The notes under the pieces: generated by a model
What the model was told of the DNA's origin: nothing
Database searches by the model: none
What the model saw: only the letters and a program-made list of their open reading frames with translations
Source: Armatimonadota bacterium
GTDB lineage: Bacteria > Armatimonadota > UBA10988
Reading direction: 5' to 3'
Length of the DNA stretch: 64,000 nucleotides
Assembly: GCA_016235455.1 (NCBI GenBank)
Contig: JACRKZ010000051.1
Coordinates: 28,452 to 92,451 of the forward strand
Translations under genes and position numbers: made by a program
In this document: in pieces, positions 10,001 to 19,998 of the stretch
Numbering within the stretch: position 1 is the first letter of the stretch
How the letters are laid out: the number at the start of each line of letters is the position of its first letter

Positions 10001-11655
10001 TCGACGATGGGTCGGAACAGGCCGCTGCCCACGTAGATGCGGCCATCGACCAGCTCCGCGATAGGCGCCAGCGCGGCCGGCGCGCCACACGGCACGGTCC
10101 GCAGCACCGCGCTGAAGCTGCGCCAGTGCTCCGAGTGCAGCGGCACCTGCCCGGCCAGCTCGCGGTCGGCATCCTCGGCGGCCCAGCGCGCCTCGCGCGC
10201 CAGGATGGTCAGACAGCTTCCGGCAGCCGCGGTCAGGCCTCGGGCGCGCAACTGCTCGGCGAAGTCGGAGACCAGGGCGCCATAGGCCCGCCAGAACCGC
10301 GGCAATGGCTCCACCAGGCCCTTGGGCAGGGCGCTCGGCATGGCGTAGGGCTCACCGGAGTCCGCGGAATAGGGCTCGGCGCTGTACTTGAGCTGGGCCC
10401 ACGAGGTCAGCGCGGTCTGCACCGTCTTGTCGCGCCACTGCGTCGAGCCCATGAAGCGCGGTGCGCCGGCGGGCTGTTCGTCGAGTTCGCTCAGCAGGGC
10501 CAGCCAGCGGTCGTGGACGTTGTCGGCCGCGGGCCGCAGGCGGGCGACCGGCGGGTCGACCTTGGCCACCGCGCCGCTCAAGCCCAGCGCCGCGGCGACG
10601 GCCAGGCCCGAGGGGCGTTCCTGGCGCTCGAGCAGGCTCTGCAGTAGCCGGGCATCGGGCGGCGCATGGTCGGGCAGCGGCGCGAACCGGCGAGACGGAA
10701 GCTGCTCGGTCATCGGGTCATACGGTCGCGAAGGCAGGGCGTACGGCGTGTATTCCGGCCGCGCCATCTCGGCCAGCACGCGCCGACAGGCCTCCTCGTC
10801 GAGCTGTTCGGGATCGGCGCCCGCCGCCAGCAGCGCGCGGTCGAGCTCGGCGGTGTCGCTGCCATTGAAGTCGCCCCACAGCCAGGTGCGCATGGCGGCC
10901 AGGTCACGGTAGGCCGAGCGCGCGGCGTCGTCACGCCGCAGCAAGGCCACCCACCAGGCGGCGCGCCGTACGCTGGCGGCCGTGGCGTCCGGCCCGGCCA
11001 GCGCCAGCGAGTGCCGGCCCAGGAAGCGCACGGTGCGCAGGTACGACTGCCGCACCGGCCGGTCGTCGGCCGACAAGCGCGGCATTCCGCGGCCGTAGTC
11101 ATCGCCGGGGTAGGGGGCTTGCGGCGCCGTCATCTCGGCCAGGGCCGGCGCGGTGGCGCTGACCAGATCAGGCGGCAGATCGACCTGAACGCCGGCCAGA
11201 CGCAGCGCCGTGGCCAAGGCGATCACCTCCTCGCGCGGCGCGTTGTCGGGCCGGGCCAGGTGCGCGCGCCACAGGGCCGACAGCAGGGCCTTGGTCTGGG
11301 GCAGCAGCCGCTGCTCCTCGATCTGCTCGAGGATCTGACGATGCACCTCATACCAGATGTCCAGCATGGCGTCGCTCGTGACGACGACGGTCATGCCGGC
11401 CAGATAGGCGTCGTGGTAGAAGCCGTGCAACGACCCCGCGGCGCGCCCGCCGATCACGGCGAAGCCATGGTCCGCCAGCGCCTCGGCCAGCCCCTTGGCC
11501 GCGCCTGGGTCAGGATGCTGCGACCAATCGCCGAGGTCGCTGCTCTCCAGGAAGCGGCTCATCTGGTCGAGGTTGGCCGGCGTCCGAGCGCCGACCGCGA
11601 GCGGCGCGAGCAGCAGCAGGCTGGCGCAGAGCAGCCGCGCTGACAGTCTCCCCAT
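7063..11655 (-). CDS. Secreted DUF3160 + TPR-like + PQQ-type propeller protein (1530 aa)
   Basis: Signal peptide; DUF3160 motifs 'VVTSDAML', 'FMGSTQWRDKTVQTALTSWAQLK', 'GLVEPLPRFW', 'GAVGSYHEF'; C-terminal 'VALDRATGRTRW', 'AYALSTGRRLW'. Confidence 0.8.
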   Translation of the reverse strand: MGRLSARLLCASLLLLAPLAVGARTPANLDQMSRFLESSDLGDWSQHPDPGAAKGLAEALADHGFAVIGGRAAGSLHGFYHDAYLAGMTVVVTSDAMLDIWYEVHRQILEQIEEQRLLPQTKALLSALWRAHLARPDNAPREEVIALATALRLAGVQVDLPPDLVSATAPALAEMTAPQAPYPGDDYGRGMPRLSADDRPVRQSYLRTVRFLGRHSLALAGPDATAASVRRAAWWVALLRRDDAARSAYRDLAAMRTWLWGDFNGSDTAELDRALLAAGADPEQLDEEACRRVLAEMARPEYTPYALPSRPYDPMTEQLPSRRFAPLPDHAPPDARLLQSLLERQERPSGLAVAAALGLSGAVAKVDPPVARLRPAADNVHDRWLALLSELDEQPAGAPRFMGSTQWRDKTVQTALTSWAQLKYSAEPYSADSGEPYAMPSALPKGLVEPLPRFWRAYGALVSDFAEQLRARGLTAAAGSCLTILAREARWAAEDADRELAGQVPLHSEHWRSFSAVLRTVPCGAPAALAPIAELVDGRIYVGSGLFRPIVEQFELPGLPPFAAVGAVGSYHEFVEPGRRDVTADEWHARLNAAHSRPRPPAWTSTFVLLADSAGPTARTVLATAELDLVAGRAQAAIDRLRAFQPSVAGTEVEVEAQILIGRACERLGDLRAARDAYMACDTMYGCQAADEALDRARQCGGAMGRWRAEQDRQERQLKAKLAATDPKPGLTPEQELDRQDTRARLMVVLEGGYVDLPRLEAECPRSRLLPAMRLAAAAARWVPPWANEPGYRDDDHWTRPLADLTQSQRDNAGSLLAELAAVVAADTLANLDPQAALDRVLPYLGVARQAEPQPQAAAWLAERYQITPGMAPAQRWIDLSASCLLRAAFARGDAALYRRLRARFGPKAQQDPLQRWVVDHEPEVMALWSAAREEQADPEPALRRLLSEHPRSALAPLALARLIGGKMNAMGLMRCSLVGWGLDRALLTQLARDYPDTRDGLRAAALLACIGGDLDRGIGLWRRAAARPEGPWASAAPRSPLAEDTWMQGVEPLRVAVHDAQPFLPGWDSRRICLELVRCVEQADDPNGLDALLAAAGPQAEKLLAALPPWVGQKAARSHREPSDLEVLAKRIDAGPGPGYEEAVAELAQDLDHNDAPWLDALLATPAGRPSYALLRIERARGPLLVGWLEQAIAAVTPLVDEAGPFQPRAQALLAEARERLAVRREPRLREAWRVELDSVFGQDKPALQASGDLVIASYVDLAGVESVVALDRATGRTRWHRPAQQPRLEIAGDVVCLVSRQELALLDRVSGRALHSEPLKLSKEANPDIVIRGDLFLIGLDEYRMLARASGRPGWEITTSHPMERSFVGDRVLVMDYDHDQEKGTLSAYALSTGRRLWRTPLWLVESARHGPELSYHPKGQRIIRYSDSEGNTIWQAIDMATGTLSRPRHENGYLDEAERPNAPAGNAWVISRRDVDHIEPGTGRRVPLLRLPPEYDGEIADEQGVLAWSDDGALVCFRAAGDKEPRP

Positions 11656-11712
11656 GGCGACACCCCTTGTGGTGCGGTGATTCGCGCCGCGCCGGGCGCC
11701 TCCTCCGGCGGC

Positions 11713-13212
11713 CTACGGCGCCACGACCACGCCGCCCAGTTCACCGAACTCGTCATGGCTCCGCCGCACCAACGGCAGGCAGACCGGTCGGCCGCTGGCC
11801 GGGTCGCGCAGGCCGATGGACAGCACGGCCGCGCCGTTGGCGCTGATCGTCGGGAAGGTGACCTCGGTGCGGGTCGTGGCCTCGTCGTCCTGCAGCCACC
11901 GGCTGGTGGGCAACGGGCCTGCGTCCGTCTGGGCCAGCGTGCGGCCGCCCTGGGCGGCCGTCAGGCGCAGGCGCAGCGTGGCGTCGCGCAGGGCGCGGCC
12001 GACGCCACGGTTGACCCAGCGTACGATCAGCGGGAACGGCCGGCCGGCCTGGATAGTGCGCGGCAGCGTCACGCTCAGCGGCACCAGCCGATAGCCCATG
12101 CGGCGCAGGCCGAGGGCGATCAGGTCGGGCCGCTCGGCCATGAAGTCCTGCGCGTCGCGTCCGCCATAGCCCAGCAGGCCGATGTAGTTGGGATGCAGGC
12201 TCAGCGCGTCCTCCACGGTCCACTTGACCCACGCCGGCCCGCCCGCGCGCGCCGCGGTGTAGCCGCCGAGGAACTCGCTCATCTGCGGCGCCCGGCGCAG
12301 GTCGCGGTAGACGTGCTCGCAGAGGCGGCGCTCATTGGAGTGCACCGCGCCGCCGGCGCCGTCGCGGCGCAGGGTGATGTTGGGCCGCGCCAGGGCCAGG
12401 TCGAAGGCGCTGTAGCGCAGGTAGGCGTCGTACTCGCCGGTGAAGGCGGGGTCGAGCTTGTCCGTGGGCCCGGCCCACAGCGAGGCGGGGCCGTCGGGAT
12501 CGTAGGAGTAGCTGAGCGCCAACCAGCGCTCAGGGAAGGCGGCGCTCCAGATGCCCAGCACCGCGTCGAGCGCGGCGCGTTTGTCGTCCAGCGTGGCGTA
12601 GGGATAGCCGGTGTGCCATTCGCCCCAGCGGCCGAACCCGCGCAGGTCGACGAGCGCCGGTGTGCGTGCTCCCTGAAAATGCGCGTTGGCCGCCGCCAGG
12701 AACTGGCGCAGGCGTGCCTGATAGAGCGGGTTCCGCGCGTCGACGTGCCAGCCGAACGACGCGCCATCCTCGCGCCGACGCTTCTGGTCGTCGGGGATGC
12801 GCGCCAGCAGCCAGTCGGGAATGCCCAGCCCGCCCGGCGGGTCGAGCCGGGACCAGCCGAACAGCGGCTCGCTGCTGATGCGCAGGTGCAGCCGCTTGCC
12901 ACGCGCCAGCCAAAAGTCGCAGGCGGCATCGACACGGGTCCAGTCGAACCGGCCCTCGGCGGTCTCCACGTCCGACCAGGCGAACATGATGGCTACGTCG
13001 TCGCAGCCCTCGAACCGCGCCTCGGGCAGCACCGACATCGTCGCCGTGCCGTTGGCGCGTGGGTCCAACGGGTAGTTCTCGTAGAGCACCCACCCCATGT
13101 CCGGGTTGTGCAGGACGACCTCGGTGTCCTCCCGCGGCGTGAGGGTCTGGGTGTCCTGGGCGCCGCACGCCGCGGCCAGCAAGGTGGTCATCGCCAGTAG
13201 TCGCCAGCGCAT
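11713..13212 (-). CDS. Secreted DUF4832-domain, GH42/GH35-like TIM-barrel protein
   Basis: Start MRWRLLAM with SD GAGGAG; 'LHNPDMGW', 'WSDVETAEGRFDW', 'FGRWGEWH', 'RMGYRLV' motifs. Confidence 0.75.
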   Translation of the reverse strand: MRWRLLAMTTLLAAACGAQDTQTLTPREDTEVVLHNPDMGWVLYENYPLDPRANGTATMSVLPEARFEGCDDVAIMFAWSDVETAEGRFDWTRVDAACDFWLARGKRLHLRISSEPLFGWSRLDPPGGLGIPDWLLARIPDDQKRRREDGASFGWHVDARNPLYQARLRQFLAAANAHFQGARTPALVDLRGFGRWGEWHTGYPYATLDDKRAALDAVLGIWSAAFPERWLALSYSYDPDGPASLWAGPTDKLDPAFTGEYDAYLRYSAFDLALARPNITLRRDGAGGAVHSNERRLCEHVYRDLRRAPQMSEFLGGYTAARAGGPAWVKWTVEDALSLHPNYIGLLGYGGRDAQDFMAERPDLIALGLRRMGYRLVPLSVTLPRTIQAGRPFPLIVRWVNRGVGRALRDATLRLRLTAAQGGRTLAQTDAGPLPTSRWLQDDEATTRTEVTFPTISANGAAVLSIGLRDPASGRPVCLPLVRRSHDEFGELGGVVVAP

Positions 13213-13353
13213 GGTTGCCGCTCCTCTTGGTAGGACAGTCAGGCAGCGGCGGCGGCTCCGTGCCGCCGGTCGGGCCGGATGCATTCGAGGCGCCCATCTG
13301 GCGCCCGGGTACCCGCGGCGGGGTCCAAGACCACACCGGCACGGAGGTGTCCG

Positions 13354-16300
13354 TTACGGTCGCCCGACCAGATAGTGCAACGCATGGTCGGCGTGGTCGT
13401 AGGTCACCAGGCCGGCCTCATCGCCGATGAGCACCGATTGCTCTGGGGTCAGGCGCCACGCCGGCACTGTGCGACCTACGCGCGGGTCGAAGTGGTAGAC
13501 AACGCCGCCGTCCTCCGTCCAGCCGGCGGCGCCGCCCGGTTGGCTCAGCGCCTTCGGGTCGTTGCCGGACCGACTGTAGGGATCCAGGTTGCGGTGCTCA
13601 GCGAGTGGTGAGTCGGCGGGCAAGGCAGGGCCGACCGTGCCGTCGACCAGGTTCAGCGGCAGCAGCTTGCGGCGCCGGCGGTCGCGGCTGTCGATGAGCA
13701 CGACCGTGTGGTCGGGTAGCACGAGCAGGTTGTCCTCGCCCAGGTCATCGGCGGCGGGCGTTCTGGTGCGCCAGCGCACGCGGCCGGTGGTCACGTCCCA
13801 GGCGACCACCTCGCCGTCGCCGCGGTCAGGGATGTTGGTGGCGACGACCAGACCCCCCTCGATCACCGCGCCGCAGGCCCCCGATGCGGTGGCCTGCCAG
13901 CCCGGCTGCCCGGGTGCGCGGCCCAGCAGCCGCTGACCGGCGCCAAACACCAGCCACGGCTCAGCCGCCAGCAGTCGGGGCCGCATGGGGCCGACCGTGC
14001 CGCCGGGCAGCGCCTCGCGGCCCAGGTCGTGGCCGGTGGTGGGGTCGAGCGTCAGCAGTGCGCTGTCATCGATCACGTAGAGCCGGCCGCCAGCCTCGGC
14101 CAGATTGCCGCGCAGGCCGCCCGCCTGCCACCGCACCTCGCCCGAGGCCCGGTCGATGGCCGTCACGCCGGCGCCGCCGTCGAGTTCGGTCAGCACATAG
14201 GCCACTTCGCGCCCGAGCGCCGCTGGCCGGTACTCGCGCAGGTTCTGCTCGCGCCCGCGGTCGAGCACCAGCGGCAGGCGCCAGGTCTCGACCAGGCGCG
14301 GCTGGTCGCGCAGCGCGATCTGGGCGCGTGCCTGTTCGCCGGCCTCAGCGGCGCGCGCGGCGAACGGCCCGCCGTGCGTCGTTGCTTCGCTCAGCAGATC
14401 GAGAGCTTGCTCGGGCCAGGCCAGACGGATGAGCGTCTCGGCGGCCGCGGCGCGGATCAGCGTCTCAGCCGGCCCACCGGCATGGTCACGGCAGGCGCGG
14501 CGGGCCAAGCGCAGCACGGCGTCGCCACCCGCGCTGGGTGGTCCCTGAGCCAGTTCGCGTGTGACCGCCTCGACCAGCGCCGGCGTGGGCACGGCGCCCG
14601 GCTTGTCCAGCGCCGTGCAGGCCTCGTCGAACGACGGTCCCGCCCCGCGCTCATGGTCACGCAGTGCGAGGGTCAGCGGGTGGTTCGGGTAGCGGCTGGC
14701 CAGCTCGCGCCGCGCGCCGGGCAGGTCGCCGAGAGCGGCCAGCAGTTCCGGCGCCCTGGTCCCGGCTTCGGTGATGAGCGGACCGAACTGGTGCTCGCGG
14801 CCCAGGTCGGTCTGGACCGCGGTCAGGTGGTCGAAGGCGCGGTCGAGCGACCAGGCGGGCAGCAGGCGATGCACCGCGCGCGCGCCGGCCAGGATGGTGT
14901 CGAACGAGACGAACCAGTCGTCGGCGAACTCGAACAGCCGGTCGCCGGGGTCAATCCACGGCGGCGGCGGCAGCTTCCGCCGCTGGGCCAGCAGGCGCTC
15001 GACGAGGGTGTAGTCACGCGCGCGCAGGGCCAGCACGGCGCGCGCTTGGAGCCCCTGGCGCGAGGCGGGGTAGGCGCGGGCCAGCCGCTCGACGACCGCC
15101 GGGTCGACCTTGAGGCAGGCCATCGGCAGGATCAGGTCCCAGGGCGTGATCTCGATGCTCAGCCCGGCGCTGGTCGCCATCGCGTGAGGCGCGGTGGTAG
15201 CCTTGGGGAACCGCCGGGCCAACTCGTCCAAGGCCCAGCGCGGGTCGCACTCGGGTTCCATGGCTTCGGCCCACAGGTCCACCGTGTCCGGCTCGTGGCT
15301 GGCTGCCCAGGCGACGAGCTGCCGGCTGGCGTGCGCGCGCGGCTCGTCCATCCGGGCGCCGGGTCCCTCCCAGGCGGAGCTCTGGGCAGCGGCCAGACGC
15401 TCGTGGGGCGCAGTGTTCAGCTTGGCCCACGCCTCGCGCTGGCCGTGGCGCAGCAGCGCCGCGCCGAGTGCCTCGCGGTGGGCCTCCACGTAGGCCCGCG
15501 CCGTGCCCATGGCGGCTTCGGGATAGAGTCCACGCAGGAACTCAGCGGCCTCGGGACAGGGCTCGGCGCGCGGGCCGGTGGCCAGGTACGGCGCCAGCAC
15601 CGCCATGGCCTGGGCTGGGTCCACCGGCAGCAGCCACTGCGCGGCCAGCACGGCCGCCACTTCGCCCACCAGTCCGCCGTGGGCCGAACGCTCGATGTCG
15701 AGCAGCACGGGCAGGTCGTTCTCGGCCTGGCCGTCGCGCCGGGGGAAGGGCGCACGGTCCCACAGATGGTCCACCAGCCAGTCGACCAGGCACAGCAGCC
15801 GACCCGCGGGCAGCAGCCGGCTGCGCGGGCACTCGGCGTTCAAGCGCGCGAGCGTGTCCGCGGTCGGCGGAGCGCTAACCAGCGCCCGCAAGCGCTTGTC
15901 CTGGCGGGCGACCTCCTGCTCGTCGCTCAGGCCGGGCCGCGGCTCGGTGGCCGCCAGCCATGGCGCCGCCTTGGCGCGGGCGTCGGCGCCATAGTCCCGG
16001 TCGCCGCCGCGCGGTCCGGCCACGGCGCGGTCGCGCTCTGGGCAGCCATACATCGGGCGGCAAGCGAGTCGGGCGGCCTCGGCCTCGGGCTGCCGGCCGA
16101 GCACCTGGTAGGCCCGGGCGATGAGCAGTTGCGCGTTCACCTCGGGCCGCTGGCCGCGGACGGTGGTCTGCCAGGCGCGCAGCCGGGCGATGGCCGCCTC
16201 GGCTCGCCCGGTATGGATGTCGGCCTCGGCGGCGCGCAACTCGCGCCGCGCGGCGTTGGTGGCCGGGTCGGGATCGAGTTGGCAGCTCAGCGCCCAGTCG

Positions 16301-18018
16301 GGCGGCAGCGGCGGGTCGCGCACGAGGTCCTCGCCCGTGGGCCACGTGTCGGCGTTCTCCCAGTTGTACCGGGTGTCGCGGGAGGCGTGGTAGCTGCCCA
16401 CCACGCCGACGGCGGCCATGGTCGGCTGGCCGGGCAGGGCGAACTGGGCGACCAGCGTCTGGAAGCTGCCGCTGGCCTGCACATACTCCTCGCGCCAGCC
16501 AGGGTCGCAGGCCACGAACCGCGGGTCCTCGATCGCGAACTGGGCCACAACCTCGCTGAACAGACGCCAGTGCTCGCCATGCAGCGCCGGCTGGCCGGCG
16601 GCCAGCCGCGTGGCGTCTTCGGTGCACTGCTCGGCCTCGGCGGCCAGCAGCGTCAGCCAACGCTCGGTGGTCGGCGTGGTCAGGCCATGCCCGGCCAGTT
16701 CGGCGCGCGTGGCCAGCATCATGCCGTGCAGCCCACGCCAGAACTCGGGCAGCGGCTCGACGAAGCCCGCCGGGCCGGTGGCCGGCAGCGTCACGGCTGG
16801 CGCGGCCGGCAAGCGTGAGCGCGGCGTGGTGTGCGACAGCCAGACCCAGGCGGCCATCTGCGTGTTGAGCGTCTTGTCACGCCAGGCGGGCGTGGCCACG
16901 AAGCCCGAGCCGCGCGCACCGTCGGCCTCCAGCTTGCCCAGCAGCGCCAGCCAGCGGTCCTCGCGGCTGTCGGACCGAGGCCACGTGACCGCGCGGTCGG
17001 CGTTGAGCTCCGCCGCGCGCGACCAGCCGAAGGCTTGCGCGGCCTGCAGGCCGGACAGCGCCTCGAAGTCGCCATCACGCCAGACGGCCTTGGCCAGCCA
17101 GGCGTTGGGCGGCGCCGGGCGGGGCACCACCGCCATGAACGGACTGGGCTCATCGCCGTCGCGAGGCAGGCGGCCACGGATCCAGGTCAGGCTGAGCCGG
17201 CGCGCACCGGCATCGTCGAGCTTCTCGGGATCCAGCCCAAGCCGCGTGAGCTGGGCTTCGATGTCAGCCGGCGCCAGCCCGTCGGCCGGCCCATACAGCC
17301 AGCGTCGGGCTAGGGTCAGCCGCTCGTTCGCCGAGCGCGCTGCGGCGCTGCGGCGCAGCAGCGCGCACCACCAGACGGCACGCTTGACCGACCGCGGCGT
17401 CACGCCGCCGCCAGCCAGTGGCACGCGGTGGTTGGCCAACCACCAGGTCAACCGCCAGTAGCGCGCCGCCGCCGGGTCGTCGGCATAGGCGCCGAGCGGC
17501 CGCGCGTCGCGGTAGCTGCTGCCGAACGGCCAGCTCGGCGCGACCGCCGCGTCGATGCGCGCCAGCGTTGCGTCCACGTACGGCGTCAGCGCGGCGGGCA
17601 CCTCGACCGTCACGCCGGCCAGCCGCGCTGCCACGGCGAGTGCGCTCACTTCCTGTTCCGGCGCGCCGCCGGGCTGCTGCCGGTAGCTGCGCCACAGCGC
17701 TCCGACAAGGTCCGCCGTGGCCGGCAAGAGTCGCTCGGCCTCCACCGAGCGCTGCATGGCGCGCTGCGCGGTGTACCACAGATGCAGCATGGCGTCGCTG
17801 GTGACTACCGTGGGCAGTCCGGCCTGCGCGGCACGCTCGTAGACGGCGCCGAGACGCTCGGTGCCCGGGCCGGCGAGCACGGCGAACCCTTGGGCCGCCA
17901 GGGCCGGCGCCAGGTCGGCCGCGTCGGGTCCGAGGTGCGCCTGCACCGCGGTCAGATTGGCGGCCGGCTGCGCGGACGTCGTGGCAACCAGCGCCAGGAT
18001 CCAGAACACCTGCCTCAT
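13354..18018 (-). CDS. Secreted DUF3160 + TPR-like + PQQ-type propeller protein (1554 aa)
   Basis: Colinear with 7063-11655: 'VVTSDAMLHLWY', 'AWRDKTLNTQMAAWVWL', 'GFVEPLPEFW', 'AECPRSRLLPA', 'AIDRASGEVRW'; ATGA overlap with upstream gene. Confidence 0.8.
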   Translation of the reverse strand: MRQVFWILALVATTSAQPAANLTAVQAHLGPDAADLAPALAAQGFAVLAGPGTERLGAVYERAAQAGLPTVVTSDAMLHLWYTAQRAMQRSVEAERLLPATADLVGALWRSYRQQPGGAPEQEVSALAVAARLAGVTVEVPAALTPYVDATLARIDAAVAPSWPFGSSYRDARPLGAYADDPAAARYWRLTWWLANHRVPLAGGGVTPRSVKRAVWWCALLRRSAAARSANERLTLARRWLYGPADGLAPADIEAQLTRLGLDPEKLDDAGARRLSLTWIRGRLPRDGDEPSPFMAVVPRPAPPNAWLAKAVWRDGDFEALSGLQAAQAFGWSRAAELNADRAVTWPRSDSREDRWLALLGKLEADGARGSGFVATPAWRDKTLNTQMAAWVWLSHTTPRSRLPAAPAVTLPATGPAGFVEPLPEFWRGLHGMMLATRAELAGHGLTTPTTERWLTLLAAEAEQCTEDATRLAAGQPALHGEHWRLFSEVVAQFAIEDPRFVACDPGWREEYVQASGSFQTLVAQFALPGQPTMAAVGVVGSYHASRDTRYNWENADTWPTGEDLVRDPPLPPDWALSCQLDPDPATNAARRELRAAEADIHTGRAEAAIARLRAWQTTVRGQRPEVNAQLLIARAYQVLGRQPEAEAARLACRPMYGCPERDRAVAGPRGGDRDYGADARAKAAPWLAATEPRPGLSDEQEVARQDKRLRALVSAPPTADTLARLNAECPRSRLLPAGRLLCLVDWLVDHLWDRAPFPRRDGQAENDLPVLLDIERSAHGGLVGEVAAVLAAQWLLPVDPAQAMAVLAPYLATGPRAEPCPEAAEFLRGLYPEAAMGTARAYVEAHREALGAALLRHGQREAWAKLNTAPHERLAAAQSSAWEGPGARMDEPRAHASRQLVAWAASHEPDTVDLWAEAMEPECDPRWALDELARRFPKATTAPHAMATSAGLSIEITPWDLILPMACLKVDPAVVERLARAYPASRQGLQARAVLALRARDYTLVERLLAQRRKLPPPPWIDPGDRLFEFADDWFVSFDTILAGARAVHRLLPAWSLDRAFDHLTAVQTDLGREHQFGPLITEAGTRAPELLAALGDLPGARRELASRYPNHPLTLALRDHERGAGPSFDEACTALDKPGAVPTPALVEAVTRELAQGPPSAGGDAVLRLARRACRDHAGGPAETLIRAAAAETLIRLAWPEQALDLLSEATTHGGPFAARAAEAGEQARAQIALRDQPRLVETWRLPLVLDRGREQNLREYRPAALGREVAYVLTELDGGAGVTAIDRASGEVRWQAGGLRGNLAEAGGRLYVIDDSALLTLDPTTGHDLGREALPGGTVGPMRPRLLAAEPWLVFGAGQRLLGRAPGQPGWQATASGACGAVIEGGLVVATNIPDRGDGEVVAWDVTTGRVRWRTRTPAADDLGEDNLLVLPDHTVVLIDSRDRRRRKLLPLNLVDGTVGPALPADSPLAEHRNLDPYSRSGNDPKALSQPGGAAGWTEDGGVVYHFDPRVGRTVPAWRLTPEQSVLIGDEAGLVTYDHADHALHYLVGRP

Positions 18019-19921
18019 GGCGCCACCTCCAGCGGCCGTGCCACATGCAGCCAGGGCCCGTAGGCCTGCGCCCCGGCACTGAACAGCGTCCGCGCGCGAT
18101 CCGGCTCATCGGCGGGCGCCACCTTGAGGTCGTTGCCCCAGAGCGCCGCGAGCCACCGGCCGTCGGGTGAGGACTCGGCTTCCCACCAGTGGGTGGAGTG
18201 CCTGCCGGAGAAGTAGAGCCAGACCGGCCGGGGCGCCGGCGCCGGGGTCTGCGCACGGTCGGTCAGGTTGACCTGCAGGCGCTCGCCGCCCGCACGTGTG
18301 ACGACCAGCGTCTGGCCGCCGTCGGCGACGCGTGTATCGGTCAGGTCCTCGGGCAGGCCGACCCAGGCCGCGGCGGGCGAGCCGTCGGCGGGCCGCACCC
18401 AGAGCTGCGTGTGGCCGGGCGGGCCAGCCAGCCAGGCCGCCACGCGACCGCCGCGCGAGCAGCTCAGTCGGCGCGCTGACGGCTGCGGCGGCGAGAGCAG
18501 CACGGCCCGGCCGTCGGAGAGGATGCGCAGCACGCGCGTGGACGCCTGGAAGCGCCGGCCGGGCTCCTCGGCGGCCACGGCCAGCCATTCGGCACCGGCC
18601 GGCACCGCCTCCCACAGCGCGGCCCAGTCGGGGCAGGGCAGGAGCATGAGCTGGCCACCCAGGTCCAGGTCGGCAGCGCGGCGCTGGCCGTGGTGGTCCA
18701 GACCCACGACAAACAGCGCCCGCCCATCGGCTCGCCATGCGGCACGGAGGAGGCTGGCCAGCGGCACCCGCAGGTCGGCGAGCAACTGGCCGCGTGGGTC
18801 CAGCACCGTGGCGTCGACCAGCAGGCCGCTGCTGTCGGGTAGCCAGGCGAAGCAGGACGGTGTGGTGACCAGGTCGCGCGGCGGCCCGCCGCGCAGATCG
18901 ACCAGCGACAGGGTGGGCTGTTTTGGGTCGATCTCGTTGCCACCCTCGGTCTCGCGCAGGCAGGCCAGTAGCGGCCGTCGGGCGAGACCTGCAAGGCGCG
19001 CCGCCGATGCGAGGTCTTCCAGCCGCGTGCGAGCTGCCGCGTCGTGCGCGTGGCCGGGTCGTAGAGCATGACGCCTTGCTCGGAGAAGCAGGCCACGGCG
19101 CCGTCCGGGGTCAAGGTGACCATGCCGTTGCCCAGCGCGATGTAGCGGTCGTCGGCGCCGGTGACCAGGTCGCGGCGATGCAGCACACGGCGGACCGCCT
19201 CGTGACCGCGGTAGGCGGTGGCCATGTACCACATGGCCCGGCCATCTGCCGACCAGCAGGCATAGTCGACCACGACGTTGGGGTAGCGGACGACCTCGCG
19301 GCCGCCTCCGCCGTCGCGGCGGCGGATGGCGATGAAGCCGCCCTGGTCATCGGTCCCGCTGTAGGCCAGCCAGCGGCCGTCGGGCGAGGTGGCCAACTCG
19401 GACCAGATGTCGGGCAGATGGGGCACGCGCGGCTCGGCCTCGTTGTCGTCCGCCTCCCGATCGGCTCCGGCCCAGCGCGCCAGCACCCGCGTCTGGCCGT
19501 CCGCGCCGCGCCAGGTGACTGTGTGCTGCTCACGGTCGTGCTGCGCGCCGTACACGCCGGCACCGTCCGCGGCCGGCTCGCCGTTGTCGCGGTCGCCGTC
19601 GGCCTTGGGCTCGGTCCGGCTCAGCGGCCCGACCAGGCTGGGTCGCCACGGCGTCAGGCTGATCGCCAGGCCCTCTTGCCCGTCGGCCACCGGCACGAAC
19701 CGTGGTAGATAGCCCGGCGCGGTCACCTCGAGCACGATGTCGGCGCCGGCCGGCAGGTCCAGGCTGCATGGCGTCGGCGCGGCGGTGTTCATGTAGGGCG
19801 AATCGACGCGGCTCCAGCGTACTCGCGCGCCGACGGGCTGCGAGGTCACGCTCAGCGCCCCGGCGCTGGCCAGGCGACAAGCGAGGCAACACAGCGCGAC
19901 ACCCAGCCAGCGGCGTTCCAT
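18015..19921 (-). CDS. Secreted PEGA + TolB-like propeller protein, split by a 1-bp frameshift near 18968
   Basis: ORF 18464-19921 matches the N-terminus of 5252-7066 (RRWLG.ALCC, SVTS.P.GARVRWSR.DSP); ORF 18015-19232 matches its C-terminus (YGPWLHVARPLE vs YGPWIHAARPLE). One added base gives SPDGRYLACLRE. Confidence 0.75.
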
Positions 19922-19998
19922 GGCCCCGTCTCCCTGTAACCCAAGGAGACTGTACTAGATGTCGGCTCGGCGTGCCAGCCAGTCTGCCGAGCGGCTGC

